Assembly (NCBI GenBank): GCA_051532035.1
Contig: JAOPTW010000015.1
Location: forward strand, 64,001 to 128,000
Source: Fibrobacterales bacterium
Lineage (GTDB): Bacteria; Fibrobacterota; Fibrobacteria; Fibrobacterales; JAOPTW01
Direction of reading: 5' to 3'
DNA length: 64,000 nt
A program made the position numbers and the translations under genes. Each line of letters begins with the position of its first letter. The first letter of the stretch is position 1. Positions 19,608 to 29,044 of the stretch are shown here, piece after piece. A model generated the notes under the pieces. That model saw only the letters and a list, made by a program, of their open reading frames with translations, was not told the DNA's origin and made no database searches.

Positions 19608-20864
19608 CTACCACTCCTTTAAATACGCATTAAAGTAACACGCCTCTACTGCGCCTTGTACCTTTTTACCAATAAAGGGTGAATTAGAACGGCGTACATA
19701 ATGAGAACGATTAATTTCCCACTCTTTGTTCGGGTTCCATAAAAAGAGATCTGCCGAGTCACCCACTGAGAGCTCAGCTGCTTCAAGATCAAGAACTTTT
19801 GAGGGTCCTGTTGTAAAGAGGTCTACAATATCGAGGATGCCACGCGTTAGTGAAGCGCCCAATTCAGTATTAAGTACTGCCAGTGCTGTCTCAAGACCGA
19901 CACACCCCTGCTCAGAGTCTTCAAAGTTAATATTCTTATACTCAGGCAGTACCGGCTTATGTTGAACCGAGAGCGCTGTTACCACACCTTTTGAAAGGGC
20001 TATCTTTAGTGCAGCGACATTTTCTTTTGACCTCAGTGGCGGCGTTACATGATGACATGTATTGAACTGAGGCAGTACGGAATCATCAAACGCAATGTTA
20101 GAAAGTACGACATCACACGTTACATCAACTCCCCACTGCTCGGCATATTGCGTTATTAAATCAAATGACTCACCAATACTTACATGTTTAATATGTACTT
20201 TACAGCCCGTGACCCGTGCCATCTGTAAAATAGAATAGACTGCAATAGTCTCGGCTTGAGGGAGTACACCATACATACCAAGAAGATCGGAATAGGCACC
20301 TTCACTTACCTGTGCTTTTCCTGCAAGAGATTTATCGAGAGAAAAAAGATGGAGGCGAATATCTAGTTGCATCGCGTACTCCATAACCAACCGTAAAAAA
20401 GAGTTTTCCACCAAAGGAAAGAGACCTGAACTAAACACTGTTACGCCACGACCAAGCAGTTCCGCCATCTCAACAAGTTGTTCACCATCCCCTTTTTTAG
20501 AGATAAGAGAAGAGACTTGAACATCAAGAGGGCACTCAAAGAGAAATGACTTTAAGTAGAGAGCTTTTGCCGGTGAATCAATTTGCTCTTCAGACTCTGG
20601 CTCAAGAACTACCCGTTTAAAACCGCCACGATACATCGCTTCAATACCATCAGCAAGAGAGTATACAATACCGTCACCAGGGAGATCAAAACAAGCACTG
20701 AGTTCTGTTAGGCCCGGAAATAGCATTTTACCTGTCCCATCTATCTCTTTATAACTTCCCGGCTCTAGGGGGGCAACCCATTTCCCTTCTGAAAGGTAGA
20801 CATCTTGTGGCTTACTTAATGTTTTGCCCGTATATAATTGTACATTCTTAAAACAAACTGCCAT
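19608..20864 (-). CDS. Dihydroorotase-like protein, probably inactive (PyrC'-type)
   Basis: Class I DHOase scaffold (IDGTGKMLFPG, VHIKHVS, PPLRS, GLET, SNSPF) directly after pyrB; most Zn and catalytic residues are substituted. Confidence 0.8.
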   Translation of the reverse strand: MAVCFKNVQLYTGKTLSKPQDVYLSEGKWVAPLEPGSYKEIDGTGKMLFPGLTELSACFDLPGDGIVYSLADGIEAMYRGGFKRVVLEPESEEQIDSPAKALYLKSFLFECPLDVQVSSLISKKGDGEQLVEMAELLGRGVTVFSSGLFPLVENSFLRLVMEYAMQLDIRLHLFSLDKSLAGKAQVSEGAYSDLLGMYGVLPQAETIAVYSILQMARVTGCKVHIKHVSIGESFDLITQYAEQWGVDVTCDVVLSNIAFDDSVLPQFNTCHHVTPPLRSKENVAALKIALSKGVVTALSVQHKPVLPEYKNINFEDSEQGCVGLETALAVLNTELGASLTRGILDIVDLFTTGPSKVLDLEAAELSVGDSADLFLWNPNKEWEINRSHYVRRSNSPFIGKKVQGAVEACYFNAYLKEW

Positions 20865-20865
20865 A

Positions 20866-21795
20866 CTATTCTTCCCCTCCGCCTGCTAGAAGATAGAGAA
20901 CTGCCATTCTGGCTGCAACACCATTTGTTACTTGATCAAGGATTACAGAGCGTTCACTATCAACAATATCTGAGTCCATCTCTAAATTCCTATTAACCGG
21001 TCCTGGGTGCATAATAAGAGTATCTGGATTCCAATCTCTGATTCGCTCAGGAGTTATACCAAACTGGGTTCTATATTCAATTTCCGACGGAAGGTACCCA
21101 CCTGCCTGACGCTCTTTTTGTAAACGTAGTGCCATCACTACATCACTTCCCTTAATTGCATATTCAAGGTCGGAAGTACATTCAGCGCCAACAAGATTCA
21201 TATTATTGGGCATCAACGTCTGTGGTGCACAAAATACTACTTCGGCACCCATGGTTTTTAATCCAAATGCATTTGATCGCGCCACACGCGAATGCTTGAT
21301 ATCACCTACAATTGCAACGCGCTTGCCTTCTAGTGACCCTATATTTTGTTCCATTGTAAGCATATCAAGAAGTGCCTGAGTTGGGTGTTCATTTGCTCCG
21401 TCACCCGCATTCACAATAATTGAATCGGTTGATTCTGCAAGAAACGAAGGAACTCCTGTCCCTGTATGGCGCACCACAATAACATTAGTTTTCATTGACT
21501 CTATGTTTCGAACGGTATCTAAAAGGGTTTCACCCTTTTTGAGGCTACTACTCGATGTTGAAAAATTAACAACATCCGCCGAAAGTCTTTTTTCTGCAAG
21601 TTCAAATGAAATTTTAGTTCGAGTACTATTTTCGAAGAAGAGATTTAAAACCGTGACGCCACGGAGTGATGGAACCTTTTTAACGGGCCTCTCCAAAACT
21701 TCTCGAAAGCTTTGTGCGGTATCTAAAATACTCCGCAAATCCTCTTTGGAGACTCCATTCAACCCAATCAAATGTTTAATCGATAACTGCGACAT
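20866..21795 (-). CDS. pyrB: Aspartate carbamoyltransferase catalytic subunit
   Basis: FFENSTRT, NAGDG..EHPTQALLD, GDIKHSRVARS, RLQKER, MHPGP. Confidence 0.96.
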   Translation of the reverse strand: MSQLSIKHLIGLNGVSKEDLRSILDTAQSFREVLERPVKKVPSLRGVTVLNLFFENSTRTKISFELAEKRLSADVVNFSTSSSSLKKGETLLDTVRNIESMKTNVIVVRHTGTGVPSFLAESTDSIIVNAGDGANEHPTQALLDMLTMEQNIGSLEGKRVAIVGDIKHSRVARSNAFGLKTMGAEVVFCAPQTLMPNNMNLVGAECTSDLEYAIKGSDVVMALRLQKERQAGGYLPSEIEYRTQFGITPERIRDWNPDTLIMHPGPVNRNLEMDSDIVDSERSVILDQVTNGVAARMAVLYLLAGGGEE

Positions 21796-22373
21796 TACTC
21801 TTTTACCTCAACTAACCAAACGGCATCTTCATCATCAACAGGAGTTACTTTAACGCGTACTTCCTGGTTTTTCTCTGTAACTACCTCTTTGCCCGAAAAA
21901 TCAGGACAGATAGGGAGCTCTCGACATCCTCTATCAATCAACACTACCAATCCTATAGAAGCAGGGCGCCCAAGGTCAAAGATAGCATTCATAGCTGCGC
22001 GCACCGACCGTCCAGTATACAGTACATCATCAACGAGGATCACCCGTTTACCTGCAATAGATTGAGGCACCGTAGTAATTTTCATTTGTGGATTAGCGGC
22101 TTTAATGCGATAGTGAAAATCATCTCGATAAAAAGATGCATCGAGTGAACCCACTTCAATGGGAACTCCTGTCTGTTTTTCAATTGCTGCACCTATTCGC
22201 TCTGCAAGAGGAATCCCTCGAGTTGCATTACCCATGAGGACAACCTGCTGGTAATCGGGCATATTCGTAATTTGAACAGCACACGAATGAATAGCAGCAT
22301 CAATTGCACTACTATCCATTATTTGCTCGAGAAGTGTTACTCCATCAAAGGAGTCTCTTTTTGAATTCGGCAA
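21795..22373 (-). CDS. pyrR: PyrR-family uracil phosphoribosyltransferase/regulator
   Basis: TRG, YRDD, LVDDVLYTGRSVRAA, DLGRP, DRG.RELPI; first gene of pyrR-B-C'. TTG start uncertain. Confidence 0.88.
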   Translation of the reverse strand: MPNSKRDSFDGVTLLEQIMDSSAIDAAIHSCAVQITNMPDYQQVVLMGNATRGIPLAERIGAAIEKQTGVPIEVGSLDASFYRDDFHYRIKAANPQMKITTVPQSIAGKRVILVDDVLYTGRSVRAAMNAIFDLGRPASIGLVVLIDRGCRELPICPDFSGKEVVTEKNQEVRVKVTPVDDEDAVWLVEVKE

Positions 22374-22536
22374 AGGAGCCTCATCTAATTGGATTTATCA
22401 TAATGTATTTAATTTGAGTCACTTTGTCCTCAATCTTATGACTAAAAACAGTTGTATCTGAGCCCAGAACTATTTGAGTTCCCGCACTTGTAACTTATTC
22501 ATATGGGAAGAGCTTTAATTTTCTTACATTTTGGCC

Positions 22537-23139
22537 ATGAATCAAAATGCACTCTATTTTATTGGTGACACCCAATGGGGTTCTCACTTAGAAACCCCTC
22601 ATTATGTGGGTAATACCCTGTTATTACGAAACCCCAGTGTCGATATTCAACTTTCGTATAACAACTCTATTCAAAATACCTTTAAGCACCTCAATGCCCA
22701 TGATGGGAAAGATATCATCGGCAAACGGAGCTCCCACATCATTCTCTCTGTGGGGTGGGTCGACATCGACTCCCTTACAAATGGCACCATTGACTGCGCC
22801 CACTTCGACTTACTTATTCAACATATTTGTTCCATCTCAGATATTCAACTTTACCTGTGCAATCAGGCAATTGAAAGTTATATCTCACCCGACAAGAAAA
22901 AGGCAGCAATAGAGATAAACTCTCTTTTTGAGCAATATACTCATAAAAACCTCCATATTATTGATTATAACAGAGCATTTAATCAATTTCACGAGTCAGA
23001 AGTACACTACAAACGAGCACCTCACTCACTCCATTTTTCGAATGGCCAACTGACACAACTCGGTTCTCACCTACTAGCAGAAGCTCTTTTGATAAAAATC
23101 GAAAATAATGCTACTTTTAATAGCACGACAAAGGATTAA
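22537..23139 (+). CDS. Hypothetical protein, degenerate SGNH/GDSL-like fold
   Basis: LYFIGDT, ILSVGWVD and a C-terminal LT.LG..LLAEAL echo SGNH blocks I, III and V; 3 bp upstream of apt. Confidence 0.4.
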   Translation: MNQNALYFIGDTQWGSHLETPHYVGNTLLLRNPSVDIQLSYNNSIQNTFKHLNAHDGKDIIGKRSSHIILSVGWVDIDSLTNGTIDCAHFDLLIQHICSISDIQLYLCNQAIESYISPDKKKAAIEINSLFEQYTHKNLHIIDYNRAFNQFHESEVHYKRAPHSLHFSNGQLTQLGSHLLAEALLIKIENNATFNSTTKD

Positions 23140-23142
23140 TTC

Positions 23143-23664
23143 ATGACACTTAATGAACTTAAAGAGAGCATCCGTGATATCCCTGACTTCCCAAAAAAGG
23201 GGATTGTTTTTAAAGATATCACGACACTCCTTTCCAACCCAGATGCGCTTACTACCGCCATTAAAGAGATGGCAGCTCCTTTTTTAGAGAGCAACATCGA
23301 TATCGTTGTTGGTACTGAAGCTCGCGGATTTATCTTTGCCCCAGCTATTGCACAAATTTTAGGAGCAGGCTTCGTACCTGCCCGTAAGCCAGGAAAACTT
23401 CCTGGCCCCACTCATTCTATCGAATATGCTTTAGAATATGGGACAGACACTCTTGAAATGCACACCGATTCATTTAAACCGGGTGCAAAAGTTCTTCTGG
23501 TAGATGACCTTCTTGCCACTGGCGGCACTATCGCCGCCACTCGATCACTTGTAGAAGAGACAGGTGGTATCGTTGCAGGATATTCATTTCTCATTGAATT
23601 ACAATTTTTAAATGGAAGAGACAAACTCGGAACGTTTCCGATACATTCTCTTATTTCTTACTAG
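23143..23664 (+). CDS. apt: Adenine phosphoribosyltransferase
   Basis: IPDFPKKGIVFKDIT, EARGF, RKPGKLP, YALEYG, VDDLLATGGT. Confidence 0.97.
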   Translation: MTLNELKESIRDIPDFPKKGIVFKDITTLLSNPDALTTAIKEMAAPFLESNIDIVVGTEARGFIFAPAIAQILGAGFVPARKPGKLPGPTHSIEYALEYGTDTLEMHTDSFKPGAKVLLVDDLLATGGTIAATRSLVEETGGIVAGYSFLIELQFLNGRDKLGTFPIHSLISY

Positions 23665-23673
23665 TGAGGTACT

Positions 23674-24009
23674 ATGAGTAACGATAGACACGAATCCTTT
23701 CTTCGCAAGAACAATGCATTGAGCATGGCCTACGAAATGGATAAGAAAGACAAATATCTTGAAGATGTCAAAAGTGGCAAAATCAAGAAGAAGACTACCT
23801 GTGAAAAATGTGGAAAAGAAGCCCCTGTAAAACGCTACTCTCTCCCCAGTACTGATCGACTCGAAGGTTCTGCATCCTTTTCAATCAAAACTGAGTTCCT
23901 TTGTGAATCTTGTGCACCCATCCAAGCGGTAAAGAAAGACAGAAAAGAGAATAAATCACCCAAAGAGATTAAGGCTATGCTCAGAGGCCTTAAGAAGGGT
24001 CGTCTCTAA
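23674..24009 (+). CDS. Small basic protein with CxxC...CxxC zinc-ribbon motif
   Basis: CEKC and CESC, Lys-rich; GAGG ribosome-binding site; followed by a terminator. Confidence 0.6.
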   Translation: MSNDRHESFLRKNNALSMAYEMDKKDKYLEDVKSGKIKKKTTCEKCGKEAPVKRYSLPSTDRLEGSASFSIKTEFLCESCAPIQAVKKDRKENKSPKEIKAMLRGLKKGRL

Positions 24010-24019
24010 CCTATTCAAT

Positions 24020-24050
24020 AAAAAAAGCTGCACAGTGTGCAGCTTTTTTT
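24020..24050. terminator. Bidirectional intrinsic terminator
   Basis: A7-GCTGCAC-AGT-GTGCAGC-T7 between convergent genes. Confidence 0.85.
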
Positions 24051-24088
24051 GATTTTCTATAAAACAGACCTATAATCAGTATTTTTGT

Positions 24089-24409
24089 TTATAGATGCTT
24101 ATCGATTGATGCTTTAAGACTTGCTTTTGGCGCTGCACCAACAATATTCTCTATCTCTGCACTGCCTTTAAACACTTTAATATTTGGAATTGAAGTAATA
24201 CCAAATTTTTGTGCCAATCCAGGCTCTTCATCTACGTTTACTTTTACGATTGATACTGCATCACCATAATCTGCGGCAAGCTCATCAAGTACTGGTCCGA
24301 TCATTCTACACGGCCCACACCACGTTGCCCAAAAGTCTACAACAACAGGTTTATCGGCAGCAATAGCGCCTTCGAAATCAGCTTCAGTAATATTTTTAAC
24401 TTCTGACAT
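24089..24409 (-). CDS. trxA: Thioredoxin
   Basis: VDFWATWCGPCR, FGITSIP; start MSEVK downstream of AAGGAAG. Confidence 0.95.
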   Translation of the reverse strand: MSEVKNITEADFEGAIAADKPVVVDFWATWCGPCRMIGPVLDELAADYGDAVSIVKVNVDEEPGLAQKFGITSIPNIKVFKGSAEIENIVGAAPKASLKASIDKHL

Positions 24410-24523
24410 ACACTTCCTTCTTCTACTTAGGTATTTATTTGTTTTTTGAAAATTTACTAAAATACCCTCCAAAGAAAACTAATTTTGCTCCTTTACATTA
24501 AAATTGTATTATATACTACAATT

Positions 24524-25489
24524 ATGACACAACCTAAACTCACTACCCCCGTATCAGTTCAGAAACCACGCAATTTTACCCCTCTAGCGCCTGGAGGGCC
24601 AATTACCTCCATTGGTTCATGCTTTGCAGAGCACCTCACAACAACTCTAAAACAGCAATTTTGGCCCATTTTAAGCAATCCAACAGGAACAACATACAAC
24701 CCACTCTCAATTGCCCAATCTCTGCAATTGACCCTCAATCAGAACCCCATTGAACCCAATGCCCTCTTTTTCCATAATGAACTTTGGTCACATTTTGATT
24801 TTCATAGTGATTTTTCACACCCTAGTGCTGAGGGAAGTTGCAATGCAATGAATAGCGCTCTCCTTAATTTTCACAAACAATTATTTGACTCAAAGCTACT
24901 TATTATCAGCCTTGGCACAGCCTTTGGTCATTTTTTCAAAGGCGCCATTACCAACAATTGTCACAAACTCAACAGCACTCTCTTTGAAAGAAGAGCAATC
25001 TCTATTGATGAAGGATCTGATGCGCTTACAGCTGTCCTAACTCAGCTATTCACCCAAAGACCTGAACTACATATCGTTTTCACCGTTAGCCCTGTAAGAC
25101 ATTTACGAGACTGCCCTACCGAAAATTCTCTGAGTAAAGCAACCCTTAGACATATTTGCCACAACCTAACAGAACGATTTAACCAGCAATCAAGTTACTT
25201 CCCCTCATATGAAATCATGATGGATGAACTCCGTGACTACCGTTTTTATGATACCTCATTGACCCACCCCAACGAGACTGCAATTGCAATAATTCTAAAT
25301 CGTTTTATTGAAACCTATTTTGACTCGAAAAGTTGTGACTATTTTCATGACGTTACCGCGCTGCTCAAAAGCGTCAATCATAAGCCACGAAACCCCAAAA
25401 GCCTCTCTTTTAACCAGTTTCAGGAGTCGATGCAGCAAAAAATTGCTAACCTCAAACAACGCTACCCAGAGTTACACATATTTATTTAA
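24524..25489 (+). CDS. GSCFA domain protein (SGNH-like)
   Basis: SIGSCFA, NPTGT.YNP, SLGTA, NCHK, FTVSPVRH, SKATL, YFPSYEIMMDELRDYRFY...HP. Confidence 0.9.
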   Translation: MTQPKLTTPVSVQKPRNFTPLAPGGPITSIGSCFAEHLTTTLKQQFWPILSNPTGTTYNPLSIAQSLQLTLNQNPIEPNALFFHNELWSHFDFHSDFSHPSAEGSCNAMNSALLNFHKQLFDSKLLIISLGTAFGHFFKGAITNNCHKLNSTLFERRAISIDEGSDALTAVLTQLFTQRPELHIVFTVSPVRHLRDCPTENSLSKATLRHICHNLTERFNQQSSYFPSYEIMMDELRDYRFYDTSLTHPNETAIAIILNRFIETYFDSKSCDYFHDVTALLKSVNHKPRNPKSLSFNQFQESMQQKIANLKQRYPELHIFI

Positions 25490-25537
25490 GAATATTATAA
25501 GTTTAGGTATGCCTTCTATTTTGAATATATTAACACT

Positions 25538-27343
25538 ATGATTAAATACCTCTCTATACTTATAGCCCTATCTACGTCACTTGTTTCAGCACAAGGAAAG
25601 TGTGCGTCGAGCTACTTTTATGACTCATCTCATCACCATAGCTCTCCTACCGATCTTTCCATGAGTGTTACTCATACAAGTAAAAAGGTTTCAGCCAGCC
25701 ATAGGCTCTGTACCCACATTGACTTTAATGACTCTGTCTACTCATTTGAATCCGAACACTTTGTACTCTATTACACACGTACCGGTATACATAAAATTGC
25801 TGGATCTACTGATAACACATACCAAAAATATCTTGACACAATGGGAATTAAGCTTGAGCAAGCCTACAACTTTTACACCGACTCACTACAACTCGATGTA
25901 TCGAAACCCTTTCCTACGTCATATCAATATGACCAACCTGCAATCGCTGGAAAGTACACCATCGAAATTGTCGACGTGCACCACTTACGCTCAGATAAAA
26001 GGACCGATCTACAAGATGACATTCAGTTCGAAGCCATATATGGGTTTGTTGTCCCTAACAAAGAAGACTTCAATTACACCCATATGTTTGTTGAGAACGA
26101 TTATCTCTACACTTATAGAGGCACTCCCGAGCAACTTTTTGAATCACCTCAAGGCACCTGTTCCTACTACGAGAGCAACACCCCCATCATCTCAGAAAGT
26201 AGTGGTGCAACCGTAAGCTATGCATCTGAAAAAGAAAAGGCATTTGATGTAACTGTAGTTCATGAACTTTATCATGCATTTCAATTCAATTACGAAAAGA
26301 ACTTTAAGACTCTTCATTTCTGGTTCGAAGCCTCGGCAACAGGAATGGAAGATATACTTTCACCAGATATCAATGATTATTGGCAGTATACAAATAGCCT
26401 CTTCAATAGTCCTGATTCAAGTATCCTTACTACCAACCGCAAACATGAATATGGACAAGGCCTCTTTTTACACTACATCCTCCATCGATTCCCCAATGCA
26501 ATCGAAAAACAAATCTGGGAACATAGAGCTGCGAACGCAGGTTCACCCATTGCTGAAAGTTTTGACTTTGTATTTAGCACTTACTATAATACTACTTTTA
26601 ATGAAGTCTACAATGACTACTCAGCTCAATTACTCTTTTCTGGTCTTAGAAGCTCCAGCGACCCTGACCCTTTTAACTCTGACATGAGTCAGTTCCCTAT
26701 GATATATCCAGAAACGCTCTCTACCCAAAGCCTCGACTCCATTATTCTTTCAACATCACTTACAGCCAAAACCTTTGACCTTGAAAGCATAAAACCAGGA
26801 GATTCGATCTTCGTTACCATCTTACCAACTATTTCTCTCTCACTTATCGAGATTGACACACTCTTGGATACCGCCATTGTTACATCACTCTCTGGTCCCA
26901 CTATTAAACTTATTGGGGATTCACTCACGAATCCATCATTTCTTACAATAAGTTATAAAGCAAGTGGCAGTTCATCCTCACAAAGTAACGGTATTATCCA
27001 AATAACAGTATCTGAAGAGGAGATCACCCTAACTGATCCTCCTCCACTTCCCCCAAAAATATCTCCCCCATATCCAAATCCATTTAATTATCGCAATATT
27101 ACCCATGAAAGAATAACATTCCCCGCTGATAATATTCCTGTAGGAACCACCATAACCATTTTCTCGCGAAAGGGTGTTGTCGTACAAACCCTCACCGCTC
27201 AAACACAAACGAATCAAACTGGACACACTGAATTTATTTGGAATAATGCACTCAGCTCAACAAACTCTAAACTCCCTTCAGGGTATTACTACTACATAGA
27301 TTCATTTCACAACAAACCGAAGAAAATAATAATTCTTAACTAA
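25538..27343 (+). CDS. Secreted zinc metalloprotease-like protein with C-terminal T9SS-CTD/FlgD-like domain
   Basis: Signal peptide, SEHFVLYY, HELYH plus downstream WFEASA, C-terminal PYPNPF...IFSRKG..V.TL...WN...LPSGYYY...KKIIILN. Confidence 0.7.
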   Translation: MIKYLSILIALSTSLVSAQGKCASSYFYDSSHHHSSPTDLSMSVTHTSKKVSASHRLCTHIDFNDSVYSFESEHFVLYYTRTGIHKIAGSTDNTYQKYLDTMGIKLEQAYNFYTDSLQLDVSKPFPTSYQYDQPAIAGKYTIEIVDVHHLRSDKRTDLQDDIQFEAIYGFVVPNKEDFNYTHMFVENDYLYTYRGTPEQLFESPQGTCSYYESNTPIISESSGATVSYASEKEKAFDVTVVHELYHAFQFNYEKNFKTLHFWFEASATGMEDILSPDINDYWQYTNSLFNSPDSSILTTNRKHEYGQGLFLHYILHRFPNAIEKQIWEHRAANAGSPIAESFDFVFSTYYNTTFNEVYNDYSAQLLFSGLRSSSDPDPFNSDMSQFPMIYPETLSTQSLDSIILSTSLTAKTFDLESIKPGDSIFVTILPTISLSLIEIDTLLDTAIVTSLSGPTIKLIGDSLTNPSFLTISYKASGSSSSQSNGIIQITVSEEEITLTDPPPLPPKISPPYPNPFNYRNITHERITFPADNIPVGTTITIFSRKGVVVQTLTAQTQTNQTGHTEFIWNNALSSTNSKLPSGYYYYIDSFHNKPKKIIILN

Positions 27344-27389
27344 AGTGAATGTAATCTACACTGAGAATATTTTAATTAATGGTGGATAC

Positions 27390-27425
27390 AAAAAAGCCAG
27401 ACTACGGGAGAGTGCAGTCTGGCTT
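27390..27425 (-). terminator. Intrinsic terminator of the dcw operon
   Basis: AAGCCAGACT/AGTCTGGCTT stem with a plus-strand A-run, just after the ftsZ stop. Confidence 0.7.
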
Positions 27426-27444
27426 CTATCAAGATTAATGAATA

Positions 27445-29022
27445 TTAATCTTGAAATCTAAGGAACGCAGGGCGTTCATCTACTTTACTATTCTCTTGAG
27501 AGTAAAGGTCTTCACTTTCTGTCATCTTACTATCAACACTTTTTAAGCCACCAATACGTTGAAATGCAGGCTTTGAATAGTCGACTCCATCGTCAATCAT
27601 TCCTCGGTTCAACTCTTGAATGCGCTGAGTTGGGCGAACAACATGACTTATTTGTTCATTATCTTTTTGAAGCTCACTACAATAGTCCGACATCTCTTGT
27701 GGTTCTGCAACAATGGTCTCTTCAACCTCTTGTGAACGTACATCTATGGAAGAACTCTCTTCATTCATTCTCAAAAAGCTTGGTCTTTCATCATTAGAAG
27801 CACTTCCAAAGAATGACTCTTCAAATTCTGGATTCATTTTAGGAATTGAGGCATCTATTGTAAGCTCTGGAGCAATTGGAGCCTCCGTAGTGTGCACCTC
27901 TTGGAGCGCATCAACTTCTTCTTTTGAAATAATAGGTTCGATAGTTTGAGGTATACGACTCTCTTCTTGTACCGGCTCAACCACTTGTGGTTCTAGCCCA
28001 GGAGTAACCTGAGGCGCAACAACGCCTTGAACATCTGTTGTTTTCTCAGTAACTTTACCATTAGTAAATCCTGTTGCAATAACAGTAACTGCAACTCTTT
28101 CACCCATAGAGCTATCAATAACATTACCAAAGATGATATGTGGCTCATTCTCTTCACCAACCATATCATAGATATATGTCATAACATCGTTTATTTCATG
28201 CATTGCCAACTCATCACCACCAGTAATATTTACCAAAATACCACCAGCACCACTGATCGAAATATTTTCGAGAAGCGGTGAATGAATTGCAAGTTCAGCA
28301 GCAAGTTGTGCTTTCCCTTCGCCTTCTGCAATACCAGTACCGATAAGTGCTTCGCCACCATTATTCATAATTTCGCGAACATCGGCAAAGTCAACCTGCA
28401 TAAATCCATGATTTAAGATAATATCAGAAATGCCTTTTACCGCATCCATAAGTACCCCATCAACAGTCTTGTATGCATCGAGAACAGTAGTGTTCTTAGG
28501 GATTACATCAAAAATTTTCTGATTCTGTATCGCGATGATAGTATCAACGTTACTCGTAAGGTTATTCAACCCTTTTTTACTGTGACGTTTGCGTATAGGG
28601 CCTTCCCAATTAAATGGCTCAGTCACAACACCAACCGTAAGTATACCAAGTTCGCGTGAAATTTCTGCGACAACTGGAGCAGCTCCTGTACCAGTTCCGC
28701 CACCCATACCACCGGCGATAAAAACCATATCAGCACCAGAGAGTGCTTCTTCGACAAGTTTTCTATCTTCCTGGATCGCTTCAAAGCCCTTGTCAGGACG
28801 TGATCCAGCACCAAGACCTTTACATAATTTTTGACCGATACTAATCTTTCTTTCGGCAAGGTTGTTTTCGAGTGCCATTGCATCAGTATTAATTGCAATA
28901 AACTCGACGCCGTGCAATCCACTTTCAATCATACGATTGAGTGCATTACCACCGGCACCACCTACACCAATGACCTTAATCTTGGCTCGGTTCTCTTTTG
29001 TTTCATCTAGCGTTATAACCAT
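27445..29022 (-). CDS. ftsZ: Cell division protein FtsZ with long C-terminal tail
   Basis: GVGGAGGNA, GGMGGGTGTG, VDFADV, VIATGF, terminal RPAFLR. Confidence 0.97.
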   Translation of the reverse strand: MVITLDETKENRAKIKVIGVGGAGGNALNRMIESGLHGVEFIAINTDAMALENNLAERKISIGQKLCKGLGAGSRPDKGFEAIQEDRKLVEEALSGADMVFIAGGMGGGTGTGAAPVVAEISRELGILTVGVVTEPFNWEGPIRKRHSKKGLNNLTSNVDTIIAIQNQKIFDVIPKNTTVLDAYKTVDGVLMDAVKGISDIILNHGFMQVDFADVREIMNNGGEALIGTGIAEGEGKAQLAAELAIHSPLLENISISGAGGILVNITGGDELAMHEINDVMTYIYDMVGEENEPHIIFGNVIDSSMGERVAVTVIATGFTNGKVTEKTTDVQGVVAPQVTPGLEPQVVEPVQEESRIPQTIEPIISKEEVDALQEVHTTEAPIAPELTIDASIPKMNPEFEESFFGSASNDERPSFLRMNEESSSIDVRSQEVEETIVAEPQEMSDYCSELQKDNEQISHVVRPTQRIQELNRGMIDDGVDYSKPAFQRIGGLKSVDSKMTESEDLYSQENSKVDERPAFLRFQD

Positions 29023-29044
29023 TTGGCTCTCCCTGGTTCTGTAA

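Noticed and set aside
22374..22400. AATCCAATTAGATGAGGCT on the minus strand as a PyrR binding loop
   Set aside because: Spacing differs from the ARUCCNGNGAGGYU consensus, no supporting stem is visible, and GAGG is explained as the RBS.
25665..26687. Long alternative-frame ORFs (183 and 141 aa) inside the protease gene
   Set aside because: No RBS or motifs; they look like shadow frames produced by the host gene's codon bias.
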